64,000 bases of DNA, from contig JAQGDQ010000213.1 of NCBI GenBank assembly GCA_030141605.1, forward strand, positions 315,880-379,879, given 5' to 3'. This DNA comes from Tubiluchus corallicola (taxonomy: Eukaryota; Animalia; Priapulida). Positions 12,486 to 41,380 of the stretch are shown piece after piece. A program made the position numbers and the translations under genes. The notes below the pieces were generated by a model. It made no database searches and was not told where the DNA came from. It saw only the letters and a program-made list of their open reading frames with translations. Within the stretch, counting starts at the first letter, position 1; each line of letters begins with the position of its first letter.

Positions 12486-13718
12486 ATGGGCTGCATTATT
12501 ATGATTAGTATAAACTGAAATAGTTGCAAAAAATTATATGGGCACACAATGTTCTCAAAGAGCTGTTTTTTGAGCCGCCTTGATCAAGTGGAAAAAGTTT
12601 GTGGGCATAATTATAGCTCTAGTGTCTTTTTTTAAAATTATGCTAATGGTTAATTTTCGTTACATATTAAAGCCATCGAAATATCGATCAACAAATTTCA
12701 TATCTAATAGCTAAAGAACAACACCATTGTAGTTTCTTTCCTTGCATGTTGTTTAGAGTTCGTGTAAGAGAATCGTAAAGTCAACAACCTTATCACGAAC
12801 AGCACCTTTGTCATCTTCGCATTGAAAGGAAAATAATCATTTCGACCCCTTCAACAGCTTTTTTCAAACTGTTGCGAGGTAACTCCTCCTGAATATAATT
12901 CACAATTTTCTTCACACACTTCTCGACAAGGCTTACTAAATGCGATGTTTGTGACCTAACACATAATCAAGGACATTGCGCCAGGCGAGCCACTGAACCA
13001 GCCGAGGTGCCTTGGCCACATTCGAATATATAATCATCCTTCCTCTAAAATTAATATTATTTAATATCAGTAATAACGTTGTAGCTTATAGGTTTTTTAC
13101 TATATGCAACTAACAGCGCTATGATCACGATATCTAGCGTTGAAGAAATACATAACGGAAAACGCGCGTAAAAACACAGTAAGTCACGTCAGCTATAATT
13201 TCGGAAAAAAACATGCTTTACGAACACAATATAATTCCCGACCGCAAAGCCCACTCCGCAGGGCTTCTGCTAATAAGCAAAGATGGGAAACCTTTCAGTC
13301 GGCATTTTTATCTGTAAAGTCTGTATTCTCGCCAGGTATTCTCCTAATTGGTAATCAGTACTGTCCCGGACGGAATTGTTTTATGGCATTTCGCAATTTC
13401 GGAATTGTTATCAACACGTAGTTGTGACATGTAACAAAGAAGGCCTACTCTTCAAAAAAGGTACATTGATCTAATCTTCTGAAATTTTACCACGTGACTA
13501 AATCTTTGGATTCTTGTAAATTTGCTAGCGAAACTCAAATTTTGACAGACCGGTTGTTATAAATACTTAACTCTCTCCAACACTTGTTCCTAGGGAGTTT
13601 GTGGGAATGTGTGTACCTCATCAAGTTCGGCGAGGCTAACAAATCGAAATCTGAAAACACAGATCGCTACAGGCATTACTCTGTGTCTATCTATTTACTC
13701 ACTCTCTCTTTCCCACGG

Positions 13719-13962
<244 letters not shown>

Positions 13963-14322
13963 CTGTTTTTTCTATATCACTTTTCAGTAAATTACTGTAA
14001 TTCTGATGTTGAATGTGAAAGCTACTCCTGTCCCACCAGCAATAAAATGTATGCCTATGAATAGCCTGCTAAGTAATTCCCCGAATTTTAGATCATTCAA
14101 TCATTGTTATCATTATTGCCCAATAAGTAGCCTAGAATGTATTAGTTGCGAAAACCAGACAAAGATTAGTTACTTATTTAATCTTAAACAACTCCAAAGT
14201 AACGTGAAATTTATGCCTACAATTACAGAATTAAATTTAGCCATTTTGTACCGCCTTGTCACAGACTAAAAGTCAAGACAGGACGTTGGCATAGTCCCGT
14301 ATTAGTCCGGTTAAAATAAGGT

Positions 14323-15003
14323 ATGAACCATACAAAAATAGCCTAAAGCTGAATTTTTGCACAAACACCCATAAAGTCGTCTGGTATAACACATCCAAAA
14401 TCCCCTGAAATCCACTTTGAGCGAAAAAGGTATGGGGCTTTAAATCAACTAAAAAACCTAGACTGCATTAATGTATTACCAGCTGATATAAAAGTATATA
14501 TTGTTCTATGTGCAAAATAATGTTTCAAGATCATTCAAGGTCAAGATCATTCAAAATTGCTACAGGGTGCCGATTTGAAGTCAAAGTGACTCAAATGCGA
14601 AGCACGAAATAAGCAGTAAGTAAGCAAATATACGCATTTTTATATCAGTTGATAATACATTTGCAATCTAAAATAATTGACTATTTAATCTAAAATGTTT
14701 TCTAGTTGAATAATTTTAACTTTGATGTAGTTTTGGTGACCACTTTGAGTGATTTTGACCTTGAATGTGCTTGAAACACTATTTTTCTGATAGACCATAT
14801 GCACTTTTATACTGGTAATACATTTTATGCGATCTTTAATGCTACCTAGTTGCGTCGTTTTGGCTTTAAAACTGTATTAACGACCATTTTTAATTAAAAG
14901 TCCCATAAATGGATTTCAGGGGATTATGGGTATGTTATTCTGTACGACTTTTTGGGTATCTATGCGAAGATTCAGCTTTACACAATTTTTGTACGGGTCA
15001 TTG
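14323..15003. mobile_element. Palindromic MITE-like element with long diverged inverted arms
   Basis: Left tacaaaaat..taaagctgaat..aaagtcgt..aatcccctgaaatcca..aatgtattaccag..ttcaaggtcaa is mirrored on the right by ttgaccttgaa..ctggtaatacatt..tggatttcaggggatt..acgacttt..attcagcttta..atttttgta. Confidence 0.8.
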
Positions 15004-18000
15004 CGAAGGAGCCAAAAGTCGGATATAAATAAGGAAGCATGCTAAGGTGAAGAACACGTTGCATAGTACCCGTTCTTACTGTTTGGTGATGCTCTTGAGT
15101 TACGTGACAGTGACCTTGCACCTAGAGGAAAATTCACAAGAGACATTCTGAACCTATTTATGTAAGTAACAATTAAGTTGCCTAATATTTATTTTTGATA
15201 TTTTTAATTATTATCTGGTTGGTAACATCATTCCGTTATTATTATCTTAAATTCTTACTGCCATTATTGTGTATTTTCATTATACTATGGCAAAATTTGT
15301 AAGCTAGTATTGCGTCATTCGTAATACTGCGCGTTGTCTTGTCGGTCTTAATGATAACTCTGTAAAACAGTAGCTTAGACTGCATGAATCGCACGTATTT
15401 CCAAAAAACTAGCTCAGTTTGATAATCTTTGTTAGGTTTCCTGCAATTAATTACTTTCCATTGGAAACAGTATGTGGATGTTTTAATTAAAAAAATTTCA
15501 GTAATCTCATCGCAAAATGAAACGCGACTATATAAATGGCCACCAAGATTAGTAATAACAAATTCAGTAATTTCAGTTGATTAAGTAATAACTTAGGTAA
15601 TATTATGAAATTTATACAAAATAATAACAGAGTTTTAAATGTGCCAAACGCTAGTAAATTAGTCCAAACTGTTTAACTCAAAAATGGGGCAGCAGGATAA
15701 AGCAAAACAATTTTCAGGGAAGCCCTTGAAGTTTGCATTTTTATTGTGAAACATTCACTATGGTCAAATTTCAAAATGACCGCCTTGATATCCTACAAAT
15801 AATGGACTTAATGAAAAATGTACACTTTGGAAAATATAAATTGAGTAACAGCTGATATAAACATTAGTATAAACTTACCAACAACATACGGGCAGTCAGG
15901 GAGGTCACCAGCATGTAATTGCATTGTAGAAATCTAATGCGAAATTGTTCAATTCTCACCTATCATTCTGTCTAAAGAAAAATTGACTCTGGTTAAAAAC
16001 TTTCTCTCAGTCACTAACTGTACAAGTTATAAATGCTTTCTGTGGTTATAAAGACATTCCTGAGGTTAGTGCTTAGGTTAACAAGTGTCCGGGTTAGAAA
16101 TAACCAAGTTACCAAAATATGTGGTATGATAAGTACCTGGTTACCAAGAATCAAATGTTTGCCGTAGAAAGCCTCTCAATTGTTATAATTATCTGGTTTA
16201 GCAAATTCCCAAGTTACTAACTTCTGGGTTCAAATAAGTAATCTTAGTTTTTAGAGCTCCGCATGACGAGTGAGCTGACAAACTCAGTGTATAACTCAAT
16301 CATAGCGTATCGCAAACAATTTCTTATCACAGAATAGTATAATTAATCTGTTAGTGTTAGTCTTATATAATTCAACTGTAATGTATTTGAGGGTACATAT
16401 CTAAAAACATCTCTTCATTATTATTGTCAGCATCTTTATATCAGCATGGTGACAGCCATCGATGTCACTATCATCATAGTTGCATTTATCATGGCCAGAA
16501 GCAACCAACATCTAGTTAATGAGTTTAATTAAATTTTTGCCTTTCGCCCTAGGAAATTTTGAAAATTTCTTGTCACAATCGTCTCAAGAGTCACTAGGGT
16601 CGCAGAGTACCGGCTACTTCCAATTTGATGCCCACAACATATTGTTTTTAATTCTAAGCAAGACTATAGTTATTATGCACATATGAGATTCAAGCACTCA
16701 TAATTCCAAGATTCAACTCAAAAATCAACGCTAACGATGCAGCAACGGGCAGACAGGCTCACATCTTCACTTTAAGCTCAGTTAGCATAATATAACAATT
16801 TCATAACATTCACTGCCAGTCGCATAGTGGGATTACAACCTTTTCCAAATGTTTACAGGTTTGAAAGTTTTTAATTGGGAAATAGCTAAGTAGTTAAATA
16901 CATGCTGCCAAATTGCAGTCAGCTATATGCCACAAACGCATGGGGGATATTATACATATACATATAGGGAACATTTCTTTGACCAAATGACCCGCATTAT
17001 ATGAAGTTGTCGGGTGATTTGGTCAACGAAGCGTTCGCTATTAGAAATTATGCACAATTAATTAACGCTAATTTTTTGCATGCAGGGTAAAAAATCGTAT
17101 AATGGTAGTTTAGTCTCTCCCTGCAGAGCTGCCACGGGAACAAATCTTAGATTGCAATATCACAAGTGAAAGCTGATTACCGACTGCCAAAGATCCTTCA
17201 ATGCCATAAAATGCTTATTATAAACGAGAAAAAACGTATTTCAGAAAAGCTGATTAGGTTTTCGAAGAATTGTTCTGCAAAGTGGATAGCCTACTTCCTT
17301 TTATGGTTAACGAGCATAATAACTCACCTGCATGCGTGGAAAATGTTACCTGCAACAACAATGGTCGCGTGGCGAAATGTGATTTTATTTTAGTGAATTT
17401 GTTCAATTCATAGGAGATGCAAAAAGCTTTTGTAAAAAAAGGAGAGACAGTGAGGTCACGGAAAAATTGTTGTTATAGCCAATATAACCGAAACTGCAGG
17501 AAAAAAGTGATGCTAACAAAATTTTAAAGAAGTCCTTGTACTTGCTGTGTGTATGACATTAAGAAAACAGAAGCAATATTAGTAAACTGAAGTATTTTTA
17601 AAATAAGTAATTAAGTTATGCTTTGTGTAATTTACTATCAAACGTGTCACATTTCACAATTTAACGAATTTCTAGATCATATTTGGAGTTGCATAATGCG
17701 TAAAATATACAGATTGGCAGAATATTGAATACAAATTAAAATCACTGAAAAGTGGGAAAACTTATTTCTACAGTTCTGCAGCTGAGCTCGAAGATATATG
17801 ATTGCAGAGCTGAGTTTAGTTAACTCAATGGTTATATTGCAAGTTGAAAGAAAAATCTGTAAAACACTCTGATAATTAAATGTTTATTACAGTTAAACAC
17901 ACAGCTATTTATAAAGCCACCAAGAAAAAGTTAATTGATTCGGTATTAGTCCCAATTAGGCTTTAACCTGCTGACCAGGATACAGTAAGAAGCAGATCAT

Positions 18001-19139
18001 AACTCATAAGTAATAATAGTAATAGACCAGTAACAGATCGTTGAGTTTGCAACAAATGCTGTGGAAAAATGTTGAAGTAATAGGACTATAATGGCATTTC
18101 GGTTATAACAATGAACTCTGTATAACCCATTTTTCTTCAGAAGCTAGTACAGTTGCTCAATTAGTAACTCAGAAAAATGTTAGCTCTGGGCGGAAAAACG
18201 TCTGGTTCTTTTCTAAGCAAGCTAACTTCAATGGTTTTGATCTTTTCTAACAAAGCATATAGTTTTATTCTGATATAATAGTTTCCTTGAGGAACATTCC
18301 CGGCAGCGCACTAGAGATTAGTCATAGAAGTCGTGTTTCTCACCTCTCACTCCCCTTTCTCTCATTCTATATTAATTTTTATGTATTTTATGTTGTCTTC
18401 TTTTCTCTCTTCCTTTTGTCCTTCATTCTTTCTTTTTTCTAACTTGCTTTTTATTCAGGATGCCCAACTGTGCTTTTGCTGTTACGTTATGTATGAGACA
18501 CTCTGTTTTCAGTTCCCCCAATAGTAAACGCCCCGTTGCGTCTGTTAACTAATTGAATAATTGTCACAGCAGCTGCACCATGACAAGAAAAAGCTGATTA
18601 TAGATGTGAGTTGGTTGTTTAGTAACTAATGTTCTGTGGAGCAAGCCAACATTAGCAAATATAGCTGTTTTTTAACAAATAAATCTTTCAAATTTATAAT
18701 GACATCAGACATGTGGTCATATTTTCGCCGGTTTAACATGACCCAAAGTGCAAAGTTTAGAATCTTTTGAATTTTGTTTAAATGAATATCTGCAGCATTA
18801 CTATTTATACAGGCAAACAGTAGAGCACATGCGAAAATGCAATGCTATTTATAAAAAATGGCATCAACAAATGATGTGGTATACAATTTTTAATATTATT
18901 AAAATTCCCGTGCATTTTATAGAAACGAGTTTACACCCAGATTGCGTGCATTAGCGTGGTTGAGTTTTTGTGTTCAAAAAGTCTAATGTCACCGAATCTG
19001 TAACACAAGTGTGCAACTTTTGCGTGCTGCCAATTATTATAAATTACGTTTTTTCAGTTTTAAGTTTCATTCCGTTATTTTGATACCAATTTTGCACAGT
19101 AGTTAACGCATCAGTGCGACCACGGTGACTTTATTAGTT

Positions 19140-19500
19140 TCAGATTTAAGTGCAGTTGGGGCATCATCTGCAAATTGAACCAATCTAGTTTCAATGCTGT
19201 TTGTTTAGTTTAGTTATTCATTTATTTTCAAATAATTAATTTCAAAACTATTTATTTATTTTATTTAGACGGGCCTAAATAGTTTCTTTGAAATATTCCA
19301 ATATCATCATCGCGTTCAATGAAAAGGGAAAAGGCATAGATTACAGTTTGTGAGATAGCTTTAAAACCAACATAGAGCAACTTGATACTACTGCAGTTTA
19401 TTTGACCACGTCCCCTAATCAACAATGTCAAAGATTTGCTAAGATCAAGCGCAGTACACTCGTTTGGATGCAACGCTTTTATAAAAAATTGAAACTTTAC
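19140..19500 (-). mobile_element. Highly decayed LINE RT remnant
   Basis: Minus-strand motif relics ALDLSKS (LDLSKAFD), GIFQRNYLGP (GxPQGxxLGP) and FADDAP occur in the correct order. Confidence 0.5.
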
Positions 19501-19679
19501 GGACTTCTAAGGCAAGCCAAAAAGTGTGACAAGCCCAGTAAGAGTTGTTAGTGTGTTCGTTCAGGGACACCTATATGAAAAAATTTCTGGAGTAATCAAA
19601 GTTTGGATAGATCAAACAGAAAAAACTTAGTTCAGGTTAGTAGTGAAAATAAAATTATATCAAAACTACAGTATTTCTA

Positions 19680-20270
19680 CCGGTAGTATTATTATTAAAT
19701 GCTAGAGCACGCAAACACAAATGTGGTGAGTTTGAAGGCGCAGTGCATAATTATGGAACAAATCATGTAATAATAATCACAGAGACGTGGCTAATAAAGA
19801 CTAGCCCTAAATATCTGCAAACAGCTGACAGGATATTCAATGTTTTCATTTGAATGTCAAGACAGACCTGGTGAGGAGTCACCGTTCACGTAAGAAGGGA
19901 TATTCAAGCTAATGATATTAAAGTAGAAAATCGGTACTTTTGCGAAATGGTTTGGCTATTAGGTAGACCGACAAGACTAGCAAAACCTAAAGCTGCCACA
20001 ATTGTTGCAGAACTGTATTTTTGCTGGTACATCTTGCGTTAAAAAAGGATTCAAACGCCAATTTCTGGACACTATATATACAGCTTATTATTCATCCAAG
20101 CAAAAACACATCCGGCTTATCTGCACTTATCGTAATTAAACAGTATTATATGCATCTGGAATGAGACAAAATAAATTAACTGTCGAAATGTCGAACTATC
20201 TATCTGAAACAAGTAGTTAAAAAAACAATTCGCGACAGTATGGTTTCGGACTGTATTTTTACTGACATCA
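19680..20270 (+). mobile_element. Highly decayed LINE APE endonuclease remnant
   Basis: Relics LLLNAR..K..EFE, VIIITETWL, DR..GGV-like and DCIFTD, interrupted by stops and frameshifts. Confidence 0.55.
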
Positions 20271-21189
20271 ACGCACACGTAATCATGAGCAGAAGTAAAG
20301 GCGCCACCACGGCCCTGAAGTAAGTTGTCGAAAGTTAACTTTCAAATAAAGGAACCAAGAGGATATCTCGTGGATATGTTCTCAATAAACTTGCAATTCT
20401 CTATTTTCCAAATGTCTTGAAAGCTCTTGCCCTGCTGCCCAGTTATCTTGCTCACTAACTGAAAATAATTAGTTCTTGTAACAGGTGGCACCAAAGGTCC
20501 AAAGTTATTGTAGTGCACAACAACTTAATTAACATCTGATAATTAAACTAAATTTGTTTTTCAGTGCCTTTTGACCAGTTCCATAATAATATTTATTATT
20601 ATTATTATATGCATGCGCATTTGAGGGACAGTACGTGTGTGTTTAAATTGTTATTAAATACGATTCATTAATACGCAAAAGGAATCACCGTACAATAACA
20701 GTCTGTGCTTAACTAAATGAAATATGTTTGAAAATGAAGAAGCAGATCTACAATGTTTACATGCACATCTCAGTTAATAAGACAGCAAGGCCAAATTTTG
20801 ACCTAATGACCAAAAATAATTTAAAGGTTTTACTTCTGCTAGTTGCACAGTTTTGCTTCATGAGTAGCTTAAATGACTTACTGAAAGACACTAATCCCTT
20901 TAGTTAGCGAAAATCTACACGCGTCAAACAGCCATTAAAATTTGTCGTTTGGCAATAAAGCAGCATATTCACACCAGGTAAGCAGAAAGAATTGCATAGC
21001 CGTGAAAATGTCTGTCTAACAGCTTATAATGCTCTCGACATTTTCAAAACTTTGCGACGAAGAAACAGCAGGCAATCTAGAAGGATTTATGTTTGAAACG
21101 GCTTTTCACTTATAGCGTAGTACGTCAGTGAGAAGGTTCTCATGAAAAAATCATTAAACTGCTACGATTAAACTAGCCAAACCATAAAA

Positions 21190-21990
21190 GATTTTTGCAC
21201 CTTAACCCAGCACAACCCACAACACCAATACCATCCTCGCCACATCATCCACACCACACCACAACACATTACTCATACCACAGCACCCACATCACATCAC
21301 ACCAGGCCACAACACTTGAAAATGTATGCCATGACAAACGCTGTTAGACTCATCCACCAAAGATCAATAATGAATGGACATTCTACAGTCTTTGCGTACT
21401 ACTTCTCAGCTGGTATAAGGCTAACAGATACAAGTTACATGTACAATTATATCTCTGTTTGTAACACAGTAAAACGACATCTTTCTTAACGAAACTTCCA
21501 CACCTTGTAGACCATTTCCTTTTTCTGGTAGTGTGCTCATTTTTCCCAAGATGCACAAATATCTGTTTCCGGAATCTGTTTGTGCAGTTTTCCGTAAAAA
21601 TTGGGCGAATGGGTTTGGGAGAGCGCCTTTTGCCGGAAACCACGAAAGGCTAAATAGCCTTACTACAACCCACCGTTGAACGAGTAACACAACCATTACA
21701 GGTACTGCCCCTGTACGTCAACATTCTCTCAAATCATGGTGTATAACTTTTGTGGAAAAAAACAGGCCCAAAACGCCCATTTTGGAGATTTTCGCCCCCG
21801 TTCCGCCGGTAGCCCCAATTCGAAAAAGAAATCATGAACGAAACCACAGTAGTTCGAAACCTTTCATTTGATACGTAATTGGCCAAAAAATGGTGGATCG
21901 TTGGAGGTGTAATCGGAAAAACCATCGTATAAATAAATAAATTCAGACACATACCAGCGAAATAAATATAATATTCTTTATTATTAGATT
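21190..21990. mobile_element. Dispersed repeat, copy 1 (Helentron/HINE-like), with a (CACCA)n tract
   Basis: Colinear reverse-complement similarity to about 45030-46090 over several hundred bp, e.g. gatcaataatg, ttacatgta, tgggaaaaa..agcacact, ttcgaattggg. Confidence 0.7.
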
Positions 21991-22671
21991 GTCAAAGCCC
22001 TGCAGAAGAGTTTTGCGCATAAATCCACAATGATGACCCACATCACATGATGATCCGAACCAATGATGACCATATCTCACCACCCGGAGCCACTGCCACC
22101 ACTGCCGCCAATAATGACCGCAAATTACGGCGACAAAAACAACAGTAGCAACAGCAACAAAAACAGCAGCCTAGTGAAACCCTGCAAATACATTTTGCGA
22201 AAGTGAGTGAAATTTCAAATGTTTTTAGACCCATCTACTGATGATCATTCAACACAGTTATAAACTTCTTCAGGATTTCCCAAGTGTGTATGCTCTGGGT
22301 TTGCTCAGTCTGGTCACCGCCCCAATGAAAGCTTCTCGCGTACAATCCCTTCCTTCTAAAGTCCTACATTGACGAAGTTTCTTTGGGCAGTCTTTGAACG
22401 AGGATGGAAGCACCTAGTATGGACTTTGCACGTTTGTTATGCATAGTTCCATACTGCATTTTTATCAGTTATTATAATTTGTCTATCAGACTAATGTTTT
22501 TCATCTTCTAGGTATTCCATTATTAAAAATTGGCATCATATTTTAGCAAACTAATATCCTCTTGCCATTAAAAATAATTATTATCCATATTATGTTAAAA
22601 CACTAAAGGTAAATTATGAGTACAAAGTTTTCATTCTTTTGTCATTTTAAATTTTATTACTATGTAACCAT

Positions 22672-23077
22672 TAGAGGTGAGCATTCTCTGCCAGAAAACG
22701 TATTCGAATCGAATCGAATTTGTGACTTTTGAATTCAAGTCGAACCGAATGTTAGTATTCAGAATCCAAATCGAATTCGAATTGAGTTTGAAAGATTTTC
22801 GAACAAGGTTGCGAATCACTAGTTAAAAGTGGTCTTACAAAAATCATGCATATTGTTAGATTTTGTTGTGCAGTAAAACCACATTAGTTTGTTAAAGATC
22901 TTGTACAGAAACTGCAGCTAAATTGCGCCAATTGCATGCTGTTTCAAAAATATTAATTATAAAGAACGTATGTAGCCGAAATGCTGAATTATTCGAATCT
23001 ATAATTCGTTCGAATCGAATTCGATTGTTCGAATAGGATTCGAACGTTCGAACTCGAACATTCGATGCTCACCCTTA
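22672..23077. mobile_element. hAT-type MITE with ttcgaa-rich subterminal repeats
   Basis: TIRs tagaggtgagcat / atgctcaccctta (11/13 match); 8-bp TSD gtaaccat / gcaaccat. Confidence 0.85.
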
Positions 23078-23598
23078 GCAACCATGTCCATGTCCTCGTT
23101 GTGTTTAGTATAATTGAAACTACTTTAAAATTTAAACCTTACACCCTCATCAATAATACTATTTATTTGCTCTAGTACTGAACTGTAAACACTATAACGA
23201 TTAAAAAAATAAAAATTTTATCTTAAACGGTTCAGGATAGAATGGGTAGCAGCAACAATGGTATTTGTCTCGAAATTTGCGATCTCTGTCTTTATAAAGA
23301 AATGAATAAGCACTCTCAAATGAGTAGATGGAGCCTAGAGCTTCAAACGCAGAGCTAAAAGGATTTTGTCATAGCTGAAGTAAATATAATTATTATTTTA
23401 TTTTTACTTACAGTGGTCTAACTTTAATTGTCATTGTAATGCATTTTTTGTGACTGTGATCTTTTGAGCGGTTTGAAAAACCATGACCACGTTGCTCCCT
23501 GACATTCGTTGTTTTGCGCTGAGTTAGCGCTGCTGTCTGCTGTGAAAAAGAAACTATGTTTTTTAGAATTTTTACTGTGTAATTTTAAATTTCGGAAA

Positions 23599-37879
<14,281 letters not shown>

Positions 37880-38231
37880 GAGCATCTTCTGCCAATGTTT
37901 ATGGTGCATTAAAGTATGCGAGGTGTTGGTTTCTTGAGCGCTATGAAAGGCGTTCAATTCAGTGGTTTGTGACAGGACATGCTAAATTTGAAACATTTTA
38001 CCCTAATCTTCTGTAAGTGTGAAAGTGTAACCAATAGACCAGGTTAGAGCATGCAGTTTACAGAATTCTTCATATTGGAATTATGCGTCAGATTCGTATT
38101 GTGCATTTATGCAAAGCCGAAGGTGGATCATTCGTAATGTACAACATTTTTGTTATCAGTTCTTTTCAGCAAGTCACAAAGTTGCAGCCCAGCATTGTTA
38201 AATTTACCAAGTCTAAGTATAAAATGTTGTT

Positions 38232-38237
38232 AATAAA
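38232..38237 (+). terminator. Candidate polyadenylation signal of the EGF/WAP/Ig gene
   Basis: AATAAA about 350 nt after the stop codon, followed by T-rich sequence. Confidence 0.4.
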
Positions 38238-38930
38238 CAGAACAGTTTATTCGTCATTATTTTATTGTTAAAAAAAATCTCTATTAAGTTTGTTCTATTT
38301 TAGCCGCTGTTTAGGTTATTAAAATGCTAGTTTCTGATCGCTTAATTGATTCATTCAGTACTATTTTGTCAAAGTAGTGTAACACCCTATCAGATATTCC
38401 TGTGGCGTAGCTAAAAGCACACAGGGGTTTATCTAAGACAGGACCCCGTAGAGACTTACACAGTAATGTTTACGTACCAACATGTTAACAATAACTTCGT
38501 ATCCCTTTAATAATAATAATAATAATAAGCAATTTAATATTGGCATTTCTTTCAACAGTAAAAGTTTGTTCAATAATTTGTATCAGACAAAAATACTTGT
38601 GTAGTATGCAGAGTGGTAAAACGAAGGGGTGAACAAATGAAAATGAGTGCCAAAGCTTTAGTCAAAAGCGAATTTTAAGAGAATGGAATAGAACATAATG
38701 GAGCGGAATACAGTTGCAATTATACAGTGTATATTATCTCAAATGTGATAAAATTTAGTAAAACGGTCAACGCAAACAATGAAAATACATGTGTAGTAGG
38801 AAAATTATTACATATTTTTGCTGGTTTCCGGATGTCAATGTGTGCCCTCTCGTCCACATTCCCAGTGTCCAAACGTCCAGTACCTAAACTTCATGTGTCG
38901 AAGCATTCTTGTGTTGAAATGCTGTCTGTT

Positions 38931-38940
38931 GCTACTACTG

Positions 38941-38978
<38 letters not shown>

Positions 38979-38980
38979 AC

Positions 38981-39045
<65 letters not shown>

Positions 39046-39109
39046 GCTACTACTACTACTACTACTACTACTACTGCTACTGCTACTGCTACTGCTACTA
39101 CTGCTACTG

Positions 39110-39162
<53 letters not shown>

Positions 39163-39199
39163 GCTACTGCTACTGCTACTACTGCTACTGCTACTACTG

Positions 39200-39274
<75 letters not shown>

Positions 39275-39400
39275 TTACTGCTACTACTACTACTACCGCT
39301 ACTGCTGTTGCTACTACTGCTGCTGCTGCTGCTGATAGATAGGTAGGTAGGTAGACAGATAGATAGGCAGGCAGACAGACAGACAAACAGACAGGTAGCC
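38931..39400. repeat. Compound (CTA)n/(CTG)n microsatellite followed by (AGAT/AGGT/AGAC)n
   Basis: Directly visible. Confidence 0.97.
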
Positions 39401-41292
39401 AAATTAACAAACATTTCGAAAGCTATAGGTAAACTGGTTGAGAGTGAAATCGATAGACAAGCACGTGTATTGTAATGTATATGTTAGTAGGCAGTTAGAG
39501 ATACAGGTGGAGATACGTAGACAGATAGATAAATAGACAAACAGGTATTCATGCACACAAACAACTAGACACAAACAGGCGGACGAAGAGAAGGGCGAGC
39601 CAGATGGAATTACTGATAAATGGATGGGCGGCAGGCAATGCTTTGGTGTTCTGTTGCCCAAATTGATAACCAAAGAGGTGTTATGTTCTTTTAGGCAGGA
39701 GATGCTACTAACTAAGAGAACCAATAATAAGCATATATTGAGAATTTTGTCCTTTTGATAGACTCCTAGGTACGTTAACATCATGAATTAGGCCGGTTTT
39801 GACGTCATTACTTTCTCATGATTACTGTATTATGTTGCTTTCTTCGCCCACGTCTCTTTTTGTCAGTTAATTACACGAAACCATGCTGACTTTGTGAGGC
39901 TTTGTCGCTTCGCTCACGCAGTATACTAATTACATAATACACGCGTGCAACGGAATAATGAACTTTCCTAGAGTTTTCAAGGCAGTCTAACTTACGGCCA
40001 ACATATTACATAATTTGTCAAGTAATACTGAAAAAAACTGCGCAGTAAAGTGTAAAATAATACATTTTACTGTTCTTTATTATTACACGCACTAGAAAAC
40101 CCGTCCTGCACAAGAGTTAACGGCTGTTGTTTTAGTAGGCAAAGCGGGTTCCCGTATGGTTGAATTTATTATGAGCGCGCTGGTTACTCGGCCAAGTAGT
40201 TTAATAGACTTTAATGTTAATAGACTGCCACAAAAATAGGTAAATGTAAAATGACTCCAGTATTACTGTATGACGAAAAGAATGGTAACTGCTGCAGATA
40301 GTCATGATGACGACAGCAGAGACAATAGCAACTCACAGCTATAGTTATCGTTTATTACTTTTACATAGCCATCGAAACGCATTTTTCTTGGTTAATTTTC
40401 CTTTTCTAGCGGTGGATTACACTTACAGCAATCGCCTGCCGTACTACATATGTTGAAGTCAGTTACTGAATCCAAGCATGTTTTTTTATGAAAATTGTTT
40501 TTGAGCATTAACCTATCAAGTAGCAATTAGGTCATTTACTATGTAATCAAAACAACAGCTGTCAAAACCACATCGCGTCTTCGAATATCAGAATTTTCTA
40601 GAAGATTTAAATCATTGTGTTGCCGCACCTGGTGACTGGGTGCTTGCCTGTTTGGCGGCTAGACAAGGCCTACGGGGACTGATTACCTCTCATTCCAAAG
40701 ATGGAGCAGGATTAGGAACAAGTCGAATAGGCAACGGAAAGACGTCGACCAAGCTGTAGGAGTAGATCGACCACATTACCAGATCAATTTATTTTACAAT
40801 AGAGTCATTTTTAAACATAACTGATACGGTAAATTTTAGAACAGTGAGGAAGCCCGAGGCTTTTCTGCACTGAGATGAGTAATTTATTCTGTTATATAGC
40901 GATTTCGTGCCTGTCACAATTAATTATGCAGGAAAAGTTTGTCAGCTATTGCAATGTTGAGTGAGATCTGAAAAACGGTTTGAAGTGAATTACAAATGTA
41001 TCATGAATCAGCTAAAGGTGTCAGTCATATAGGTTGAGTAATAGTAATTACATTACGTATTTTTTCATAATGTGCATTACTTTGGTACGGCAATCGCTCT
41101 GGAATCCTATATATGTACTGAATATGTCAATGCCATTTAATTCTACAAATATAATTTCAGGAAGAACGATATAATATGGCTTTCATTTATTTTTTTAATG
41201 TGACCAAAACAGCCAGTGAGGTGCTGTGTGCAGCGTACGTGGCATCTCGAAGAGTTTCTGGTCTGTTTTCCACATCATTTACTTGCTATTAC

Positions 41293-41361
<69 letters not shown>

Positions 41362-41380
41362 TCTTCTCTCCTTTCTCCTT
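41293..41380. repeat. (CT)n microsatellite
   Basis: Directly visible. Confidence 0.97.

Noticed and set aside
38727-39414. Poly-Tyr/Thr/Val/Ser ORFs (mucin-like)
   Set aside because: Open in four frames because of the (CTA/CTG)n repeat; no splice or domain support.
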